A DNA stretch of 64,000 bases from Symbiobacteriaceae bacterium (GCA_029239785.1 JARBUG010000010.1:287-64286); one strand, 5' to 3'. Numbered from the stretch's first letter, positions 17,629-26,698 are shown. Numbers and translations: made by a program. The notes: a model not told the origin generated them from the letters alone.

Positions 17629-17772
17629 TAGACCCTCTCGGCATGGGCCGGTCAAGCTTTGGCCCACGCCTGCCGGGCTACGGCACCCATTGAGGGTGCC
17701 TAGACCCTCTCGGCATGGGCCGGTCAAGCTTTGGCCCACGCCTGCCGGGCTACGGCACCCATTGAGGGTGCC
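17629..17772. repeat. Perfect 72-bp tandem duplication (2 copies) in the pheS-pheT spacer
   Basis: 17629..17700 is identical to 17701..17772, and the next 4 nt (TAGA) begin a third unit. The unit contains the hairpin GGCACCC-tcaa-TGGGTGCC. Confidence 0.95.
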
Positions 17773-18803
17773 TAGAATTGCCGCAGGAACCGCACGTCGC
17801 CCGACGTGAAATGCCGCAGATCTTCGATCTGATAGGCCAGCATGGCCACCCGCTCGATGCCGTAGCCGAAGGCCCAGCCCGAGACCTGTTCGGGATCATA
17901 CCCGCCGGCCTTCAGGACGTTGGGATGGACCATGCCCGACCCGCCAATCTCCACCCAGCCCGACTGCTTGCAGATGCGGCAGCCGTTTCCGCCGCAGAAC
18001 GGGCAGGAGACGTCCATTTCAGCGCTGGGCTCGGTGAACGGGAAGTAGCTGGGGCGCAGCCGCACCCGGGCCTGGGGCCCGAAAATGCCCCGGAACATCT
18101 CGGTCAGGGCGCCCTTCAGGTGCGCCATGGTGATCCCCTTGTCGATCATCAGCCCTTCGACCTGGTGGAAGACCGACCCGTGGGTCGCATCTTCAAAGTC
18201 ACGCCGGAAGACCCGCCCCGGGCAGATGATCTTGACCGGCGTCCGGCCCTTGGCGACCTCCAGCATATAGCGAATCTGCGTGTTGGACGTGTGCGTCCGC
18301 AGCAGCACCTCATCGGTGATGAAGAAAGAGTCCTGCGCATCACGGGCGGGGTGGCCCTTCGGAATGTTGAGCGCTTCGAAGTTGTACCAGTCGGTCTCCA
18401 CAATGCGAGATTCCGCCACCTCGTAGCCCATGGCGATGAAGATCTCTTCGATCTTGGTCCGCACCTGGTTCATCAGGTGCAGGTGGCCGACCGGCGCCGG
18501 CGTGCCCGGCAGGGATACATCGATCGACTCCGCCGCCAGGCGGGCGGCCAGTTCGCCCTTGGCGAGCTCAGCCTCACGGGCGTCCAGCGCGCCCGAAATC
18601 GCCATCTTCACCTCGTTGCCAAGTGCGCCCATCGCCTTGCGCTCATCGATGGTGGGCAGCTTGCCCAGCCCGCCCAGCACGACCGAGAGGTCGGACTTCT
18701 TACCCAGGTACCGGACCCGCATCTCCTGAACTGTGGCGCTCTCCGTCGCCGTGGCGATGGTGGCCAGCGCCTCTTCCTGCACCCGCAGGAGTTGTTCCTT
18801 CAT
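17772..18803 (-). CDS. pheS: Phenylalanine--tRNA ligase alpha subunit
   Basis: ATG 18803 (MKEQLLRVQEEAL) after GGAGGTG. The longer track ORF reads into the T-box leader. Confidence 0.95.
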   Translation of the reverse strand: MKEQLLRVQEEALATIATATESATVQEMRVRYLGKKSDLSVVLGGLGKLPTIDERKAMGALGNEVKMAISGALDAREAELAKGELAARLAAESIDVSLPGTPAPVGHLHLMNQVRTKIEEIFIAMGYEVAESRIVETDWYNFEALNIPKGHPARDAQDSFFITDEVLLRTHTSNTQIRYMLEVAKGRTPVKIICPGRVFRRDFEDATHGSVFHQVEGLMIDKGITMAHLKGALTEMFRGIFGPQARVRLRPSYFPFTEPSAEMDVSCPFCGGNGCRICKQSGWVEIGGSGMVHPNVLKAGGYDPEQVSGWAFGYGIERVAMLAYQIEDLRHFTSGDVRFLRQF

Positions 18804-19146
18804 CTTTGCACACCTCCAGCAAAATAAAAAACGCCTTCGTGCCCGACACTTCCCCCTGGAAGTTCGGGACGAAAGCGCATGCTTCCGCGGTACCACCCGG
18901 ATTGAGCCCGCACCCATGGCCGGCTCCTCCTCAAACAAGGCGCTGACACGCCTGCCCCCTGTAACGGGAGGGACCCGTACTCGCCTACCGGCGCCGGCCT
19001 GCACGGCCCAACGCGTTCAGCCAGTCTGCTCCGGAGGGAACTTCACTCGGTTGGCGGAGAGCGGGGTTTCAGTCGCGCCCCAGCTTCCCTGGACACCGCC
19101 GCGGCCGGTTACTTTCCTCCATCGTCGCTGTTAGGTATTGGAATTG
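18804..19146 (-). promoter_or_regulatory. T-box leader (Phe)
   Basis: Minus strand shows stem I AGCGACGAUGGAGGAAAGUA, a UUC in the GAAGUUCC loop and the T-box AAUCCGGGUGGUACCGCGGAAG. A ~20-bp terminator stem (18831..18879) with UUUUUUAUUUU follows. Confidence 0.85.
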
Positions 19147-19152
19147 GGTTCG

Positions 19153-19181
19153 ATTATACCAAGCGGCTAATGAACTGTAAA
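19153..19181 (-). promoter_or_regulatory. SigA promoter of the pheST leader
   Basis: TTTACA, 17 nt spacer, TATAAT (with TGG just upstream). Confidence 0.6.
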
Positions 19182-19265
19182 GCGCCTGTAGAGCAGGTAG
19201 GCAAAGACGGACCCGGTGTTCGTAAAGATTGTCCAGAACACGTCAGCCGCAGTGGCGTTCGGCAT
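19167..19265 (-). CDS. 32-aa hydrophobic small protein (MPNATAADVFWTIFTNTGSVFAYLLYRRFTVH), YvrJ-like?
   Basis: GGGGGAG lies 7 nt before the ATG. Below the ORF-track cut-off. Its 3' end overlaps the pheST promoter. Confidence 0.3.
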   Translation of the reverse strand: MPNATAADVFWTIFTNTGSVFAYLLYRRFTVH

Positions 19266-19337
19266 GGGGACCACTCCCCCTACAGGTTTACCTGATTTGT
19301 CAGACACCTCGTATTATAGCACAGAGGGTCTTGCCAC

Positions 19338-20141
19338 TCAAGGAGTTGACTGTCGCCCCGCCCGCTGCCGCATGGCCTCGTAGATGAGCAGGCTGGCCGC
19401 CACCCCCGCGTTGAGCGATTCCGTCGGCCCTTCCATGGGGATGGAGACGATGCCATCAGCCGCTTGTCGAGCCGTGTCGGACGGGCCGTTTCCCTCATTG
19501 CCGATGACCAGGGCGACGTTGCCGGCCAGGCCCGCCGACCAGGGCGTCAATTCGCCCCCGGCGTCGGCGACCAGGACCCGCCGGCCCTGCCGCTTCAGGG
19601 CCGTGAGTACCGGCCCGATTTCGCCCTTGACGACGGGCAGCCGGAAAAGCGAACCCATGGCCGAACGGACAACCTTGGGGCTCATGTGATCAACGCCCCC
19701 GGCTATGACCAGGCCGGCGCCGCCCAGCGCCTCCAGCGACCGGATCACCGTGCCCAGGTTGCCCGGGTCCTGCAGGTTATCCAGCACAACCACCAGGCCC
19801 GGCGGAAGCTGCTCCAGCTGCCAGGCCCGGGGCCGGAAGACCGCCAGAATGCCCTGCGGCGCCTGGGTGTCGGCAGCCCGGGCCAGCGTGTCCGGGGCAA
19901 CTGCATACAAGGCAACGCCCGCCGCCGCCAAGGCGCCCAGCAGCGCCGCCCCCCGCTCCTTGCGGGCCAGCTCCTCGGTATAGAGCGCATACTCGACAGC
20001 CACGCCCGCGGCCACGGCCTCCTCGGCCAGGCGCACGCCTTCCAGCACGGCCAGGCCCAGCGAGTCCCGCAGGCTCCGGTCGCGGCCCAGCTCCCGGGCC
20101 TGTGCGACCTTGGGGTTCCGGGGGCTTAGCAGCTCACTCAT
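19338..20141 (-). CDS. TrmH/SpoU-family RNA 2'-O-methyltransferase
   Basis: Motifs LVIGNEGNG and IPMEGPTESLNAGVAASLLIYE. ATGA overlap with the upstream gene. Confidence 0.85.
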   Translation of the reverse strand: MSELLSPRNPKVAQARELGRDRSLRDSLGLAVLEGVRLAEEAVAAGVAVEYALYTEELARKERGAALLGALAAAGVALYAVAPDTLARAADTQAPQGILAVFRPRAWQLEQLPPGLVVVLDNLQDPGNLGTVIRSLEALGGAGLVIAGGVDHMSPKVVRSAMGSLFRLPVVKGEIGPVLTALKRQGRRVLVADAGGELTPWSAGLAGNVALVIGNEGNGPSDTARQAADGIVSIPMEGPTESLNAGVAASLLIYEAMRQRAGRQSTP

Positions 20142-20803
20142 GCTTCCTGCAACATCCTCTCCAGGCGATGGAGCCCTTCCGTGCTGCCCAGCAGCACCAT
20201 CGTTTCGCCCTGGTGAACCCGGTCGGTCGCCAGGGGCGCGGCGTTGATCATCTCGCCGGATTTGATCGCCATGACGTTAATGCCGTACAGCGCCCGCAGG
20301 TTCAGATCGCGCAGCGATTTGCCCACAAACCCGGGCGGCGCAACCAGCTCCATAATGGTGTACTCCGGCGACAGTTCGATGTAATCCATCACGCTGCCGG
20401 TCAGGAGGCTGTGGGCGATGCGGGCGCCCATATCGCGCTCGGGATAGACGACCTTGTCGGCGCCCACCTTCTCCAGCGTCCGTCCGTGCAGCTTGCCGGC
20501 GGCCTTGGCGACCACAAAGGGTACCCCGATCTCCTTGACCAGCACAGTCGCCAAAATGGAAGCCTGCACGTCGTGGCCGATGGCGATAACGGCGCAGTCA
20601 AAGTTGCGCAGGCCCAGGGCCCGCAAGCTATCTTCATCGGTCACGTCGCAGGCGACGGCGTGGGTCAGGTCGCGCGACAGCAAATCGACCAGGTCGGGGT
20701 TGCCGTCAACGCCCAGCACTTCGTGCCCGAGCGAAGCCAGTGTACGGGCCACGCTGGCGCCGAACCGGCCCAGCCCAAGTACGGCAATCTGCTTCTTGCT
20801 CAT
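20138..20803 (-). CDS. TrkA/KtrA-type RCK potassium-uptake regulatory protein
   Basis: GLGRFG Rossmann motif; 221 aa with TrkA-N plus TrkA-C layout. Confidence 0.85.
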   Translation of the reverse strand: MSKKQIAVLGLGRFGASVARTLASLGHEVLGVDGNPDLVDLLSRDLTHAVACDVTDEDSLRALGLRNFDCAVIAIGHDVQASILATVLVKEIGVPFVVAKAAGKLHGRTLEKVGADKVVYPERDMGARIAHSLLTGSVMDYIELSPEYTIMELVAPPGFVGKSLRDLNLRALYGINVMAIKSGEMINAAPLATDRVHQGETMVLLGSTEGLHRLERMLQEA

Positions 20804-22173
20804 CCGATCATCACCCTGTCTTCCGGGAAATGAATGGGCGACCGGGACAGGTTCCGCTTAGCTAAGGCCACGGCCGCGGTCAGGGGGCCGACCCGCCCAA
20901 TGAACATGGTCATGGTAATGAGCAGTTTGCCGGCCACGCTCAGCGAGGGCGTCAGGCCCGTGGTCAGGCCGACCGTGCCGAAGCCGGAGACCACTTCAAA
21001 GAAAACGTCGAGCGCCGAATGCTGCGAGCCAGGGGCCTCCATGATAGGGCGTTCCGTCAGGAGCAGAATCGCCGTTACGCCGACGACCAGGATTGCGGCG
21101 AGTGACATGATCACAAACGCCTTCTCGATCAGATCCCGCGGGATCTTCCGCCCCATGATGGTGACATCTTCCTTGCCGGTGCTGGTCGCCCCCAGCGACA
21201 TGATGATCATGGCGAAGGAGGTCGTTTTGATGCCGCCGCCCGTACCGCCGGGGCTGGCGCCGATGAACATCAAAATGATGGTGAGCAGCAGGGAAAACTC
21301 GCGCAACGCCCCGGTCATAATCGATTCCCAGCCCGCCGTGCGCGGCGTGACCGCCGCAAACCATGCGTTGGTGACTTTGTGGTACCACTCCAGGGGGCCA
21401 AATGTCTTGGGGTTCGTCCATTCGGCGGCCAGGAAGAGCACGGTGCCGATGAGAATCAGAATCCAGGTCATACGGATGCTGAGCCGTGTATGTAGAGTGA
21501 ACTTCTCCCAGCGGCGGTTGCGCCAGATATCTTCCAGCACGGGAAAGCCGATACCGCCGATAATGATCAGCATGCCGATGACGAACAGGACCCAGGGATC
21601 TCTGGCAAAGATTTTGGCCGACGCCGTGGTCACATCGAAACCGGCGTTGTTAAACGACGAAACGGAGTGGAACAGGCCCCAGTAAATCGCCTTGGGCCAG
21701 GGGTGCTGACCCAGAAAGCGGATGCTGAGCAGCGCCGCGCCGGTCAGTTCGATGGCGATGGTCGCGAAGATGATGTTTCGGGTCAGCCGCACGACGCCTG
21801 CGATGGAGAAAGAGCCGAGCGCCTCCTGCATGAGCAGCCGGTCCTTCAGGCCGACCCGCTTGCCCATGAGCAGCACCATAATGGCCGACAGCGTCATGAT
21901 ACCCAGGCCGCCGGCCTGAATCAGGCCGATGACGACCAGTTCGCCGAAGAGGCTGAACTGCGTGGCCGTGTCTGCGACGATCAAACCCGTCACACAGACG
22001 GCCGATGTGGCGGTAAAGAGCGCATCGACAAAGCTGAAGGTCTTGCCCGGCTCGTGAGAGATGGGCAGCCAGAGCAGAAAGGCGCCAACGAGAATGAGGG
22101 CGGCAAAGCCCAGCACCAGCACCTGTGGGGGCGTAAACTGGAACCGGGGCCGCCGTAAGGGGGTCTCCTGCAT
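20800..22173 (-). CDS. TrkH/KtrB-family cation transporter
   Basis: ATG 22173 after GGAGGGGA. About 10 TM segments with repeated pore-loop glycine motifs (NNAGFD, RTAGW, TVGLTTG). Confidence 0.9.
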   Translation of the reverse strand: MQETPLRRPRFQFTPPQVLVLGFAALILVGAFLLWLPISHEPGKTFSFVDALFTATSAVCVTGLIVADTATQFSLFGELVVIGLIQAGGLGIMTLSAIMVLLMGKRVGLKDRLLMQEALGSFSIAGVVRLTRNIIFATIAIELTGAALLSIRFLGQHPWPKAIYWGLFHSVSSFNNAGFDVTTASAKIFARDPWVLFVIGMLIIIGGIGFPVLEDIWRNRRWEKFTLHTRLSIRMTWILILIGTVLFLAAEWTNPKTFGPLEWYHKVTNAWFAAVTPRTAGWESIMTGALREFSLLLTIILMFIGASPGGTGGGIKTTSFAMIIMSLGATSTGKEDVTIMGRKIPRDLIEKAFVIMSLAAILVVGVTAILLLTERPIMEAPGSQHSALDVFFEVVSGFGTVGLTTGLTPSLSVAGKLLITMTMFIGRVGPLTAAVALAKRNLSRSPIHFPEDRVMIG

Positions 22174-22186
22174 AGCTGGTCCCCTC

Positions 22187-22843
22187 CTACTTTTGTTCGC
22201 CCTGAAGGCGTTCAATACCGCCGGCCTCGCCGATGACGACCATGACGTCAGCGGCCAGGAGCTGTTCGTCGGCACCCGGGGAGACGATGAGGCGGGCGCC
22301 CCGTTTGATCGCCATGACGTTCAGGCCAAAGCGGTTGCGCATCTCCAATTCGCCCAGGGTGTGACCGATCAGCGCTTCGGGCGTTTCGAGCTCGGCCATG
22401 CCGTAGTGCTCGGAGAGACGGATGAAGTCGATCAGGCCGCCGGCGGCGATATTGTGGGCAACTCGGGCGCCCATATCCCGCTGCGGGTAGACGATGCGGT
22501 TGACGCCGAGCCGTTCGAGAATGCGCCCGTGGGCGTCATCCTGCGCCTTGGCCACGATATTTTTGACACCCAAATCCTTCAGGTTCAGACAGGTGATCAC
22601 GCTCGCCTCGACATGGTCGCCCAGTGCGACCACCACGGTGTCATAGTCGGAGACACGCAGCGCCTTCAGCGCTTCCGGATCGGTGGTATCCGCCCGCACG
22701 ACGCGCTGAAGATAGGTAGCCAGTTCACTGACCGCCTCCGGGTCCGTGTCTACGGCGAGTACTTTCTGTCCCATGTCGGTCAGCGTCCGGGCGACGCTTG
22801 ACCCAAACCGCCCCAGACCGATTACCGCAAACCGCTTCTGCAC
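22187..22843 (-). CDS. TrkA/KtrA-type RCK potassium-uptake regulatory protein
   Basis: GTG start after GAGAGGAG. GLGRFG motif; 218 aa. Confidence 0.85.
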   Translation of the reverse strand: MQKRFAVIGLGRFGSSVARTLTDMGQKVLAVDTDPEAVSELATYLQRVVRADTTDPEALKALRVSDYDTVVVALGDHVEASVITCLNLKDLGVKNIVAKAQDDAHGRILERLGVNRIVYPQRDMGARVAHNIAAGGLIDFIRLSEHYGMAELETPEALIGHTLGELEMRNRFGLNVMAIKRGARLIVSPGADEQLLAADVMVVIGEAGGIERLQGEQK

Positions 22844-22900
22844 ACGATAGCTCCTCTCAACGGCTCGCTTTGCCGCCCTGCCGCGTGGGAATCTCGCTCC

Positions 22901-22929
22901 ATTATAGTGCGGACAAAGTGTTTCGTAAA
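22901..22929 (-). promoter_or_regulatory. SigA promoter of the ktr operon
   Basis: TTTACG, 17 nt spacer, TATAAT. Confidence 0.55.
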
Positions 22930-22949
22930 TGCGTCCCTGAACGTAACAC

Positions 22950-22982
22950 GGCCCGACACCCTTTGTACTCGGGTGTCGGGCC
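22950..22982 (-). terminator. Hairpin terminator after rplT
   Basis: 12-bp stem GGCCCGACACCC / GGGTGTCGGGCC. Confidence 0.55.
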
Positions 22983-23003
22983 GCTTGGATCTCCTGGATT
23001 GGC

Positions 23004-23357
23004 TTACAGGGCGCCCTTGACCTGGTCGACCAGAGCGGTGAAGCCGGCGGCGTCGTGGACGGCGATGTCGGCCAGAACCTTGCGGTTCAGGTTGATGCCG
23101 GCCTTGGTGAGGCCGTTGATAAAGACGCTGTAGCTCAGGCCGTTCATGCGGGCAGCCGCATTGATACGGGCGATCCAGAGGCGGCGGAAGTTGCGCTTCT
23201 TCTGCCGGCGGTCGCGACGAGCGTACCAGAGCGCCTTCATGACGGTTTCGTTGGCGGGACGGAACAGGCGGTGCTTGCCGCCCCAGAAGCCCTTCGCGAG
23301 CTTCAGGATCTTCTTATGACGAGCGCGGGAGGTCTTACCCGACTTGACACGTGCCAT
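23004..23357 (-). CDS. rplT: 50S ribosomal protein L20
   Basis: [26 protein letters not shown] is the canonical L20 N-terminus. Confidence 0.97.
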   Translation of the reverse strand: MARVKSGKTSRARHKKILKLAKGFWGGKHRLFRPANETVMKALWYARRDRRQKKRNFRRLWIARINAAARMNGLSYSVFINGLTKAGINLNRKVLADIAVHDAAGFTALVDQVKGAL

Positions 23358-23415
23358 TTTTGTATCCTCCTCAAAGAACCCGGAGCCCGGCCCCGGAGAT
23401 AGTTTTGACTAAAGC

Positions 23416-23610
23416 CTAGTGGGGCAGGATCTCACGCAGGTTCTTCTGGAAAGCCTTGGACAGCACGGTTTCCTGCTTCAGCTTGCGGATGCGGCCGCCA
23501 CGCTTCTTAACGTTCTTGTGAACCTTGGCGGACGGGTAATGCATTACCAGACCGCTGCCGGTCACCTTAAAGCGCTTGGCAGCGCCCCGATGAGACTTCA
23601 TCTTAGGCAT
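23416..23610 (-). CDS. rpmI: 50S ribosomal protein L35
   Basis: MPKMKSHRGAAKRFKVTGSG. ATG 23610; the track start at 23667 is an extension. Confidence 0.95.
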   Translation of the reverse strand: MPKMKSHRGAAKRFKVTGSGLVMHYPSAKVHKNVKKRGGRIRKLKQETVLSKAFQKNLREILPH

Positions 23611-23629
23611 ATGGAGCCCCTCCTCTTGC

Positions 23630-24181
23630 TTATTCGCTGACCTGCTGCTGGGCCTTCGGCTGTTCAACGGTGGCAGCCTTGGGCGCCAGTATCATGATCA
23701 TGTTCTTGCCTTCGAGCTTGGCGGGGCGTTCGACGATGCAGAGGTCCTTGACGGTTTCCAGCAACCGGTCCAGAACTGCCTTCCCCAACTCGGAATGAAC
23801 GACCTCACGGCCGCGGAACATGATGGTCGCCTTGATCTTGTCGCCTTCCTTAAGGAACTGCTCGGTCTGCCGGCGACGTACGTCGAAGTCGTGGTCCTCG
23901 ATGTTGGGCCGCATTTTGACCTCTTTGATGGTGACGACCTTCTGCTTTTTGCGGGTTTCCCGGTCGCGCTTGGACTGCTCGTACTTGTACTTACCAAAGT
24001 CCATGATGCGGCAGACGGGGGGCCGTGCAGTGGGGGCTACTTCGACGAGGTCGAGCCCACGTTCCTGGGCTTCGCGCATCGCATCCCGCGGGGCCATGAC
24101 GCCAAGCTGTTCGCCAGCTTCTGTGACAACCCGGACCTCACGGGCCCGGATCATCTCGTTTACCCGGAGCTGTTCTTTGAT
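23630..24181 (-). CDS. infC: Translation initiation factor IF-3, probable non-AUG (AUC) start
   Basis: The conserved core starts at IKEQLRVNEMIRAREVRVV. UAGGAGGUG lies 7 nt before the in-frame AUC at 24181. No ATG, GTG or TTG lies between the RBS and Met at 24154. Confidence 0.85.
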   Translation of the reverse strand: MKEQLRVNEMIRAREVRVVTEAGEQLGVMAPRDAMREAQERGLDLVEVAPTARPPVCRIMDFGKYKYEQSKRDRETRKKQKVVTIKEVKMRPNIEDHDFDVRRRQTEQFLKEGDKIKATIMFRGREVVHSELGKAVLDRLLETVKDLCIVERPAKLEGKNMIMILAPKAATVEQPKAQQQVSE

Positions 24182-24210
24182 ACCCGGACACCTCCTAAAA
24201 ATGTGGCGAC

Positions 24211-24247
24211 GGAAACAACAAAAGCGGCCGGCATGTTTGCCGCCCGC
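24211..24247 (-). terminator. Attenuator-type terminator just upstream of the infC RBS (L20-leader-like)
   Basis: Minus strand GCGGGCGGCA-aaca-UGCCGGCCGC followed by UUUUGUUGUUU, 20 nt before the SD. Confidence 0.4.
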
Positions 24248-24704
24248 TAAAGAAGCTGATGAAGGTGCACCGTAAAGGTGCGGACTTCGATCAACCCTCG
24301 ACCGTACTAGCAACCGGCTGTACGGTGAGAAGCGGGGAGCTTCTGCTTGTGAGAGTTGGAACTGTTGTAGTTGACTTTGTGATAGTACCACGGGCGTGGG
24401 AGTGATGTCAAGCACTGGGCTTTGTGGGTTTTGCGGCAGAGGCTCCGAGCTGGCGGCTCCGGGCTGGCAGGGCAGCTTCCCGGGCATCGGTCCGGTTTTG
24501 TCCAAACTTCACACGCCAAGTTGAGAAAAACGGATTGATGGAGCCCTGGAACGGGGTTTTCCTCGTTCTCGAGGGGCTGCGGCACCCTTTCGCAGGCGAA
24601 AAAGCCCGTTTGCGGGTTCGTTGCGTCCGACTTTGTACACGACCCGTCAAGTGGGCTGGACAAATACAGACTGATGGCCCGGCCCCTCTTGTTTACCCCG
24701 GTGC

Positions 24705-25355
24705 CTACCTGAGCAGTGCAGCCGTGACCGACGGCGTCGCCCAGACCTGGATGGCCGTGGCAAGCGCCAGTAGCACCAGGGCCGGTCCCACGAGGCGCTT
24801 GATCTCTACCCAGGCCTCGAACGTGGCCCGCTGGAGGCTGGCGACCCGGACGCCCCGGAGGAGCCAGTAGAGCGGAGCGCTTAAGATGAAGGAGATGGCG
24901 GCCACCTCAATGAGTGCGTGGGGCAGGCCGCTGCTGAGGAGCCGAATGCCCAGGGGTTTGGCGATTTGGAGGCCAAGGGCGTGGGTCACCGTCGCAACGC
25001 CGGCGGCCCGGTGGTAGATGTGGACGATCAGCTGGGCGCCCACCGCCAGGACGGCGAGGTACTTGAGCGCCGCCAGCCACCACGGGGTGCGGCGGCCCGG
25101 GTGGAAGGCGGTGAACCAGGTCAGCCCCAGGCCGAGCAGCATGGGCACCAGGCCGGTCAGGAAGAAGGTGAAGGCCACCTTCAGGTCGCCAGCCGCGTTG
25201 GTCGGGAGCCACCTCACGGAGCGAGCATAGAAAGCCGCGATGGGCAGGCGGTCGCGCAGGTCCCAGGGGCCGCCGGCCAGGTAGGCCATGGCGACGGCCA
25301 GAGCCAGGAAGATCAGGACAGGCATCCAGACCAGCTTGCGGTACAACCGAGCCAC
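24705..25355 (-). CDS. Polytopic membrane protein, SpoIIM/DUF95-like
   Basis: 216 aa. GLPHALIEVAAISFILSAP resembles the PHGxxE core of the SpoIIM family, and the C-terminus is similar in style. Confidence 0.45.
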   Translation of the reverse strand: MARLYRKLVWMPVLIFLALAVAMAYLAGGPWDLRDRLPIAAFYARSVRWLPTNAAGDLKVAFTFFLTGLVPMLLGLGLTWFTAFHPGRRTPWWLAALKYLAVLAVGAQLIVHIYHRAAGVATVTHALGLQIAKPLGIRLLSSGLPHALIEVAAISFILSAPLYWLLRGVRVASLQRATFEAWVEIKRLVGPALVLLALATAIQVWATPSVTAALLR

Positions 25356-25385
25356 CTCCTCGGGGGGCGAGCGTGCCTTGGTGCC

Positions 25386-26231
25386 CTATGACGTGGCCAG
25401 CCGGGGCGCCGCCACCATCCGGCCCAGTTCCTGGGACCGCTGGGTGGCCCGGGCGACAGCCCTGACCATCGCCTCCCGGAACCCGGCCTCGTTCAGCACC
25501 TGCAGGCCGGCCATGGTCGTGCCGCCCGGCGAGGTCACTTTCTGCCGGAGCTCGGCCGGGTCCTCGCCGGTCTCCACCAGGGTCCGGGCGGCGCCCAGCA
25601 GCGTCTGGACGGCCAGTTCCCGGGCGACCTGCTCAGAGAGACCCACGCCACGGCCGGCTTCAACCATCGCCTCGATCATCAGGTAAATGTAGGCCGGACC
25701 GCTGCCCGACAGGCCGGTGACAGCGTCGAGCTGGGCCTCGGGCACCTCGACCACCCGGCCCACGGCGCCCAGAATCGCCCGTGCCACCAGGCGGGCCTCC
25801 TCGCCGGCGCCTTCGCCCAGGCAAATCGCCGTGGCCGACTCACCCACCTGGCATGAGGTATTCGGCATCGCCCGGACTACCCTGACGCCCGGGGCCACGC
25901 CATCGGCCAGAAGCGACGTGCTCACGCCCGCCGCCACCGAGAGCAGGACCTGCCCCCGGGAGGTGTAGGGCCGAATCTCAGCGAGCAGGTCGGCCACATC
26001 CTTCGGCTTGCAGAGCACCACCAGGACATCCGCCTCGGCCACCAGCGTCGCCTTGCTGGCGGCGGTCCGCACGCCATAGCGCATCTGAAGGGTCTCCAGG
26101 CGCTCCCGGTTGGAGCGGTTCGTGACGATCATCTGCTGAGGTCGCACAACACCGCCTTGAATCAGCCCGCGCATGAGCGCCTCGGCCATGGAGCCTGCCC
26201 CCAGGAAACCGATCGTCTTACCGTGAAGCAT
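25386..26231 (-). CDS. proC: Pyrroline-5-carboxylate reductase
   Basis: ATG 26231 after GGGAGGGAA. GFLGAGSMAEAL dinucleotide motif and VTSPGGTT. Confidence 0.9.
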   Translation of the reverse strand: MLHGKTIGFLGAGSMAEALMRGLIQGGVVRPQQMIVTNRSNRERLETLQMRYGVRTAASKATLVAEADVLVVLCKPKDVADLLAEIRPYTSRGQVLLSVAAGVSTSLLADGVAPGVRVVRAMPNTSCQVGESATAICLGEGAGEEARLVARAILGAVGRVVEVPEAQLDAVTGLSGSGPAYIYLMIEAMVEAGRGVGLSEQVARELAVQTLLGAARTLVETGEDPAELRQKVTSPGGTTMAGLQVLNEAGFREAMVRAVARATQRSQELGRMVAAPRLATS

Positions 26232-26562
26232 CCTGATTCCCTCCCTTATCTTCGATCGCTCAACACAAAAAACCCTTCGCGCTTCCCCAAAGGGAAGGGC
26301 GAAGGGCTTAGCCTCCGTGGTACCACCTTCATTGGTCTTTCGGGATATGCCGAAAAGACCCACTCAGTAACCGGGTCCAACAACCCGGAGCCGCTGGTAA
26401 CGGGTAGCTAACCCGGCCGGCTCGTCGCCGGCGGCTCAGGGGTGGGTTCGGGCGTCAGGTCCGTTCCGGGCTCACAGCGCCGTGCGGTTTGCACGGGCCC
26501 GGACTCTCTGGCGGCTCTGGTCTGCCTTACTGTTCCCCATCATCGCTGATGTGCTGGTATTG
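26232..26562 (-). promoter_or_regulatory. T-box leader (probably Pro, CCU specifier)
   Basis: Stem I CAGCGAUGAUGGGGAACAGUAAGGC, CCAGAGAG box, GAACGGACCUGA loop and T-box AAUGAAGGUGGUACCACGGAG. Terminator 26271..26309 with UUUUUUGUG. Confidence 0.8.
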
Positions 26563-26568
26563 ATATGC

Positions 26569-26597
26569 ATACTAGCACCGGATGGCGCACGGGTCAA
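26569..26597 (-). promoter_or_regulatory. SigA promoter of the proC leader
   Basis: TTGACC, 17 nt spacer, TAGTAT. Confidence 0.6.
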
Positions 26598-26698
26598 GAA
26601 CCATTTTGAAAACTTTCCCGTAGCAAAAGGTCGCGGTCGATCGACAGATCGATCCGCCGGAGCCGCCGGCAGGAGGTGTCTCTACCTCCGAGAGGCAA

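Noticed and set aside
17629-17772. The 72-nt repeat unit as a tRNA-sized RNA gene or a coding repeat (the track ORFs 17615..17809 and 17494..17739 read through it).
   Set aside because: No cloverleaf can be drawn (no acceptor/T-arm pairing). The ORFs on both strands are Pro/Arg/Gly-rich and exist only because 72 is divisible by 3.
17772-19004. Long N-terminal extensions in the ORF track for pheS, and likewise for proC 25386..26363, thrS 43266..45332, ABC-F 28687..30534, infC 23630..24505, the TorD-like gene 7969..8814, cwlD-like 49721..50530 and the first dsbA fragment 52034..52438.
   Set aside because: The extensions read through T-box leaders, attenuators or repeats and lack an RBS. Internal starts with GGAGG-type RBS reproduce the canonical N-termini.
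22844-22900. A c-di-AMP (ydaO/kimA-type) riboswitch upstream of the ktr operon.
   Set aside because: The promoter TTTACG-17 nt-TATAAT leaves only a ~50-nt leader, too short for that ~130-nt motif, and none of its conserved ACGGGG-type blocks were seen.
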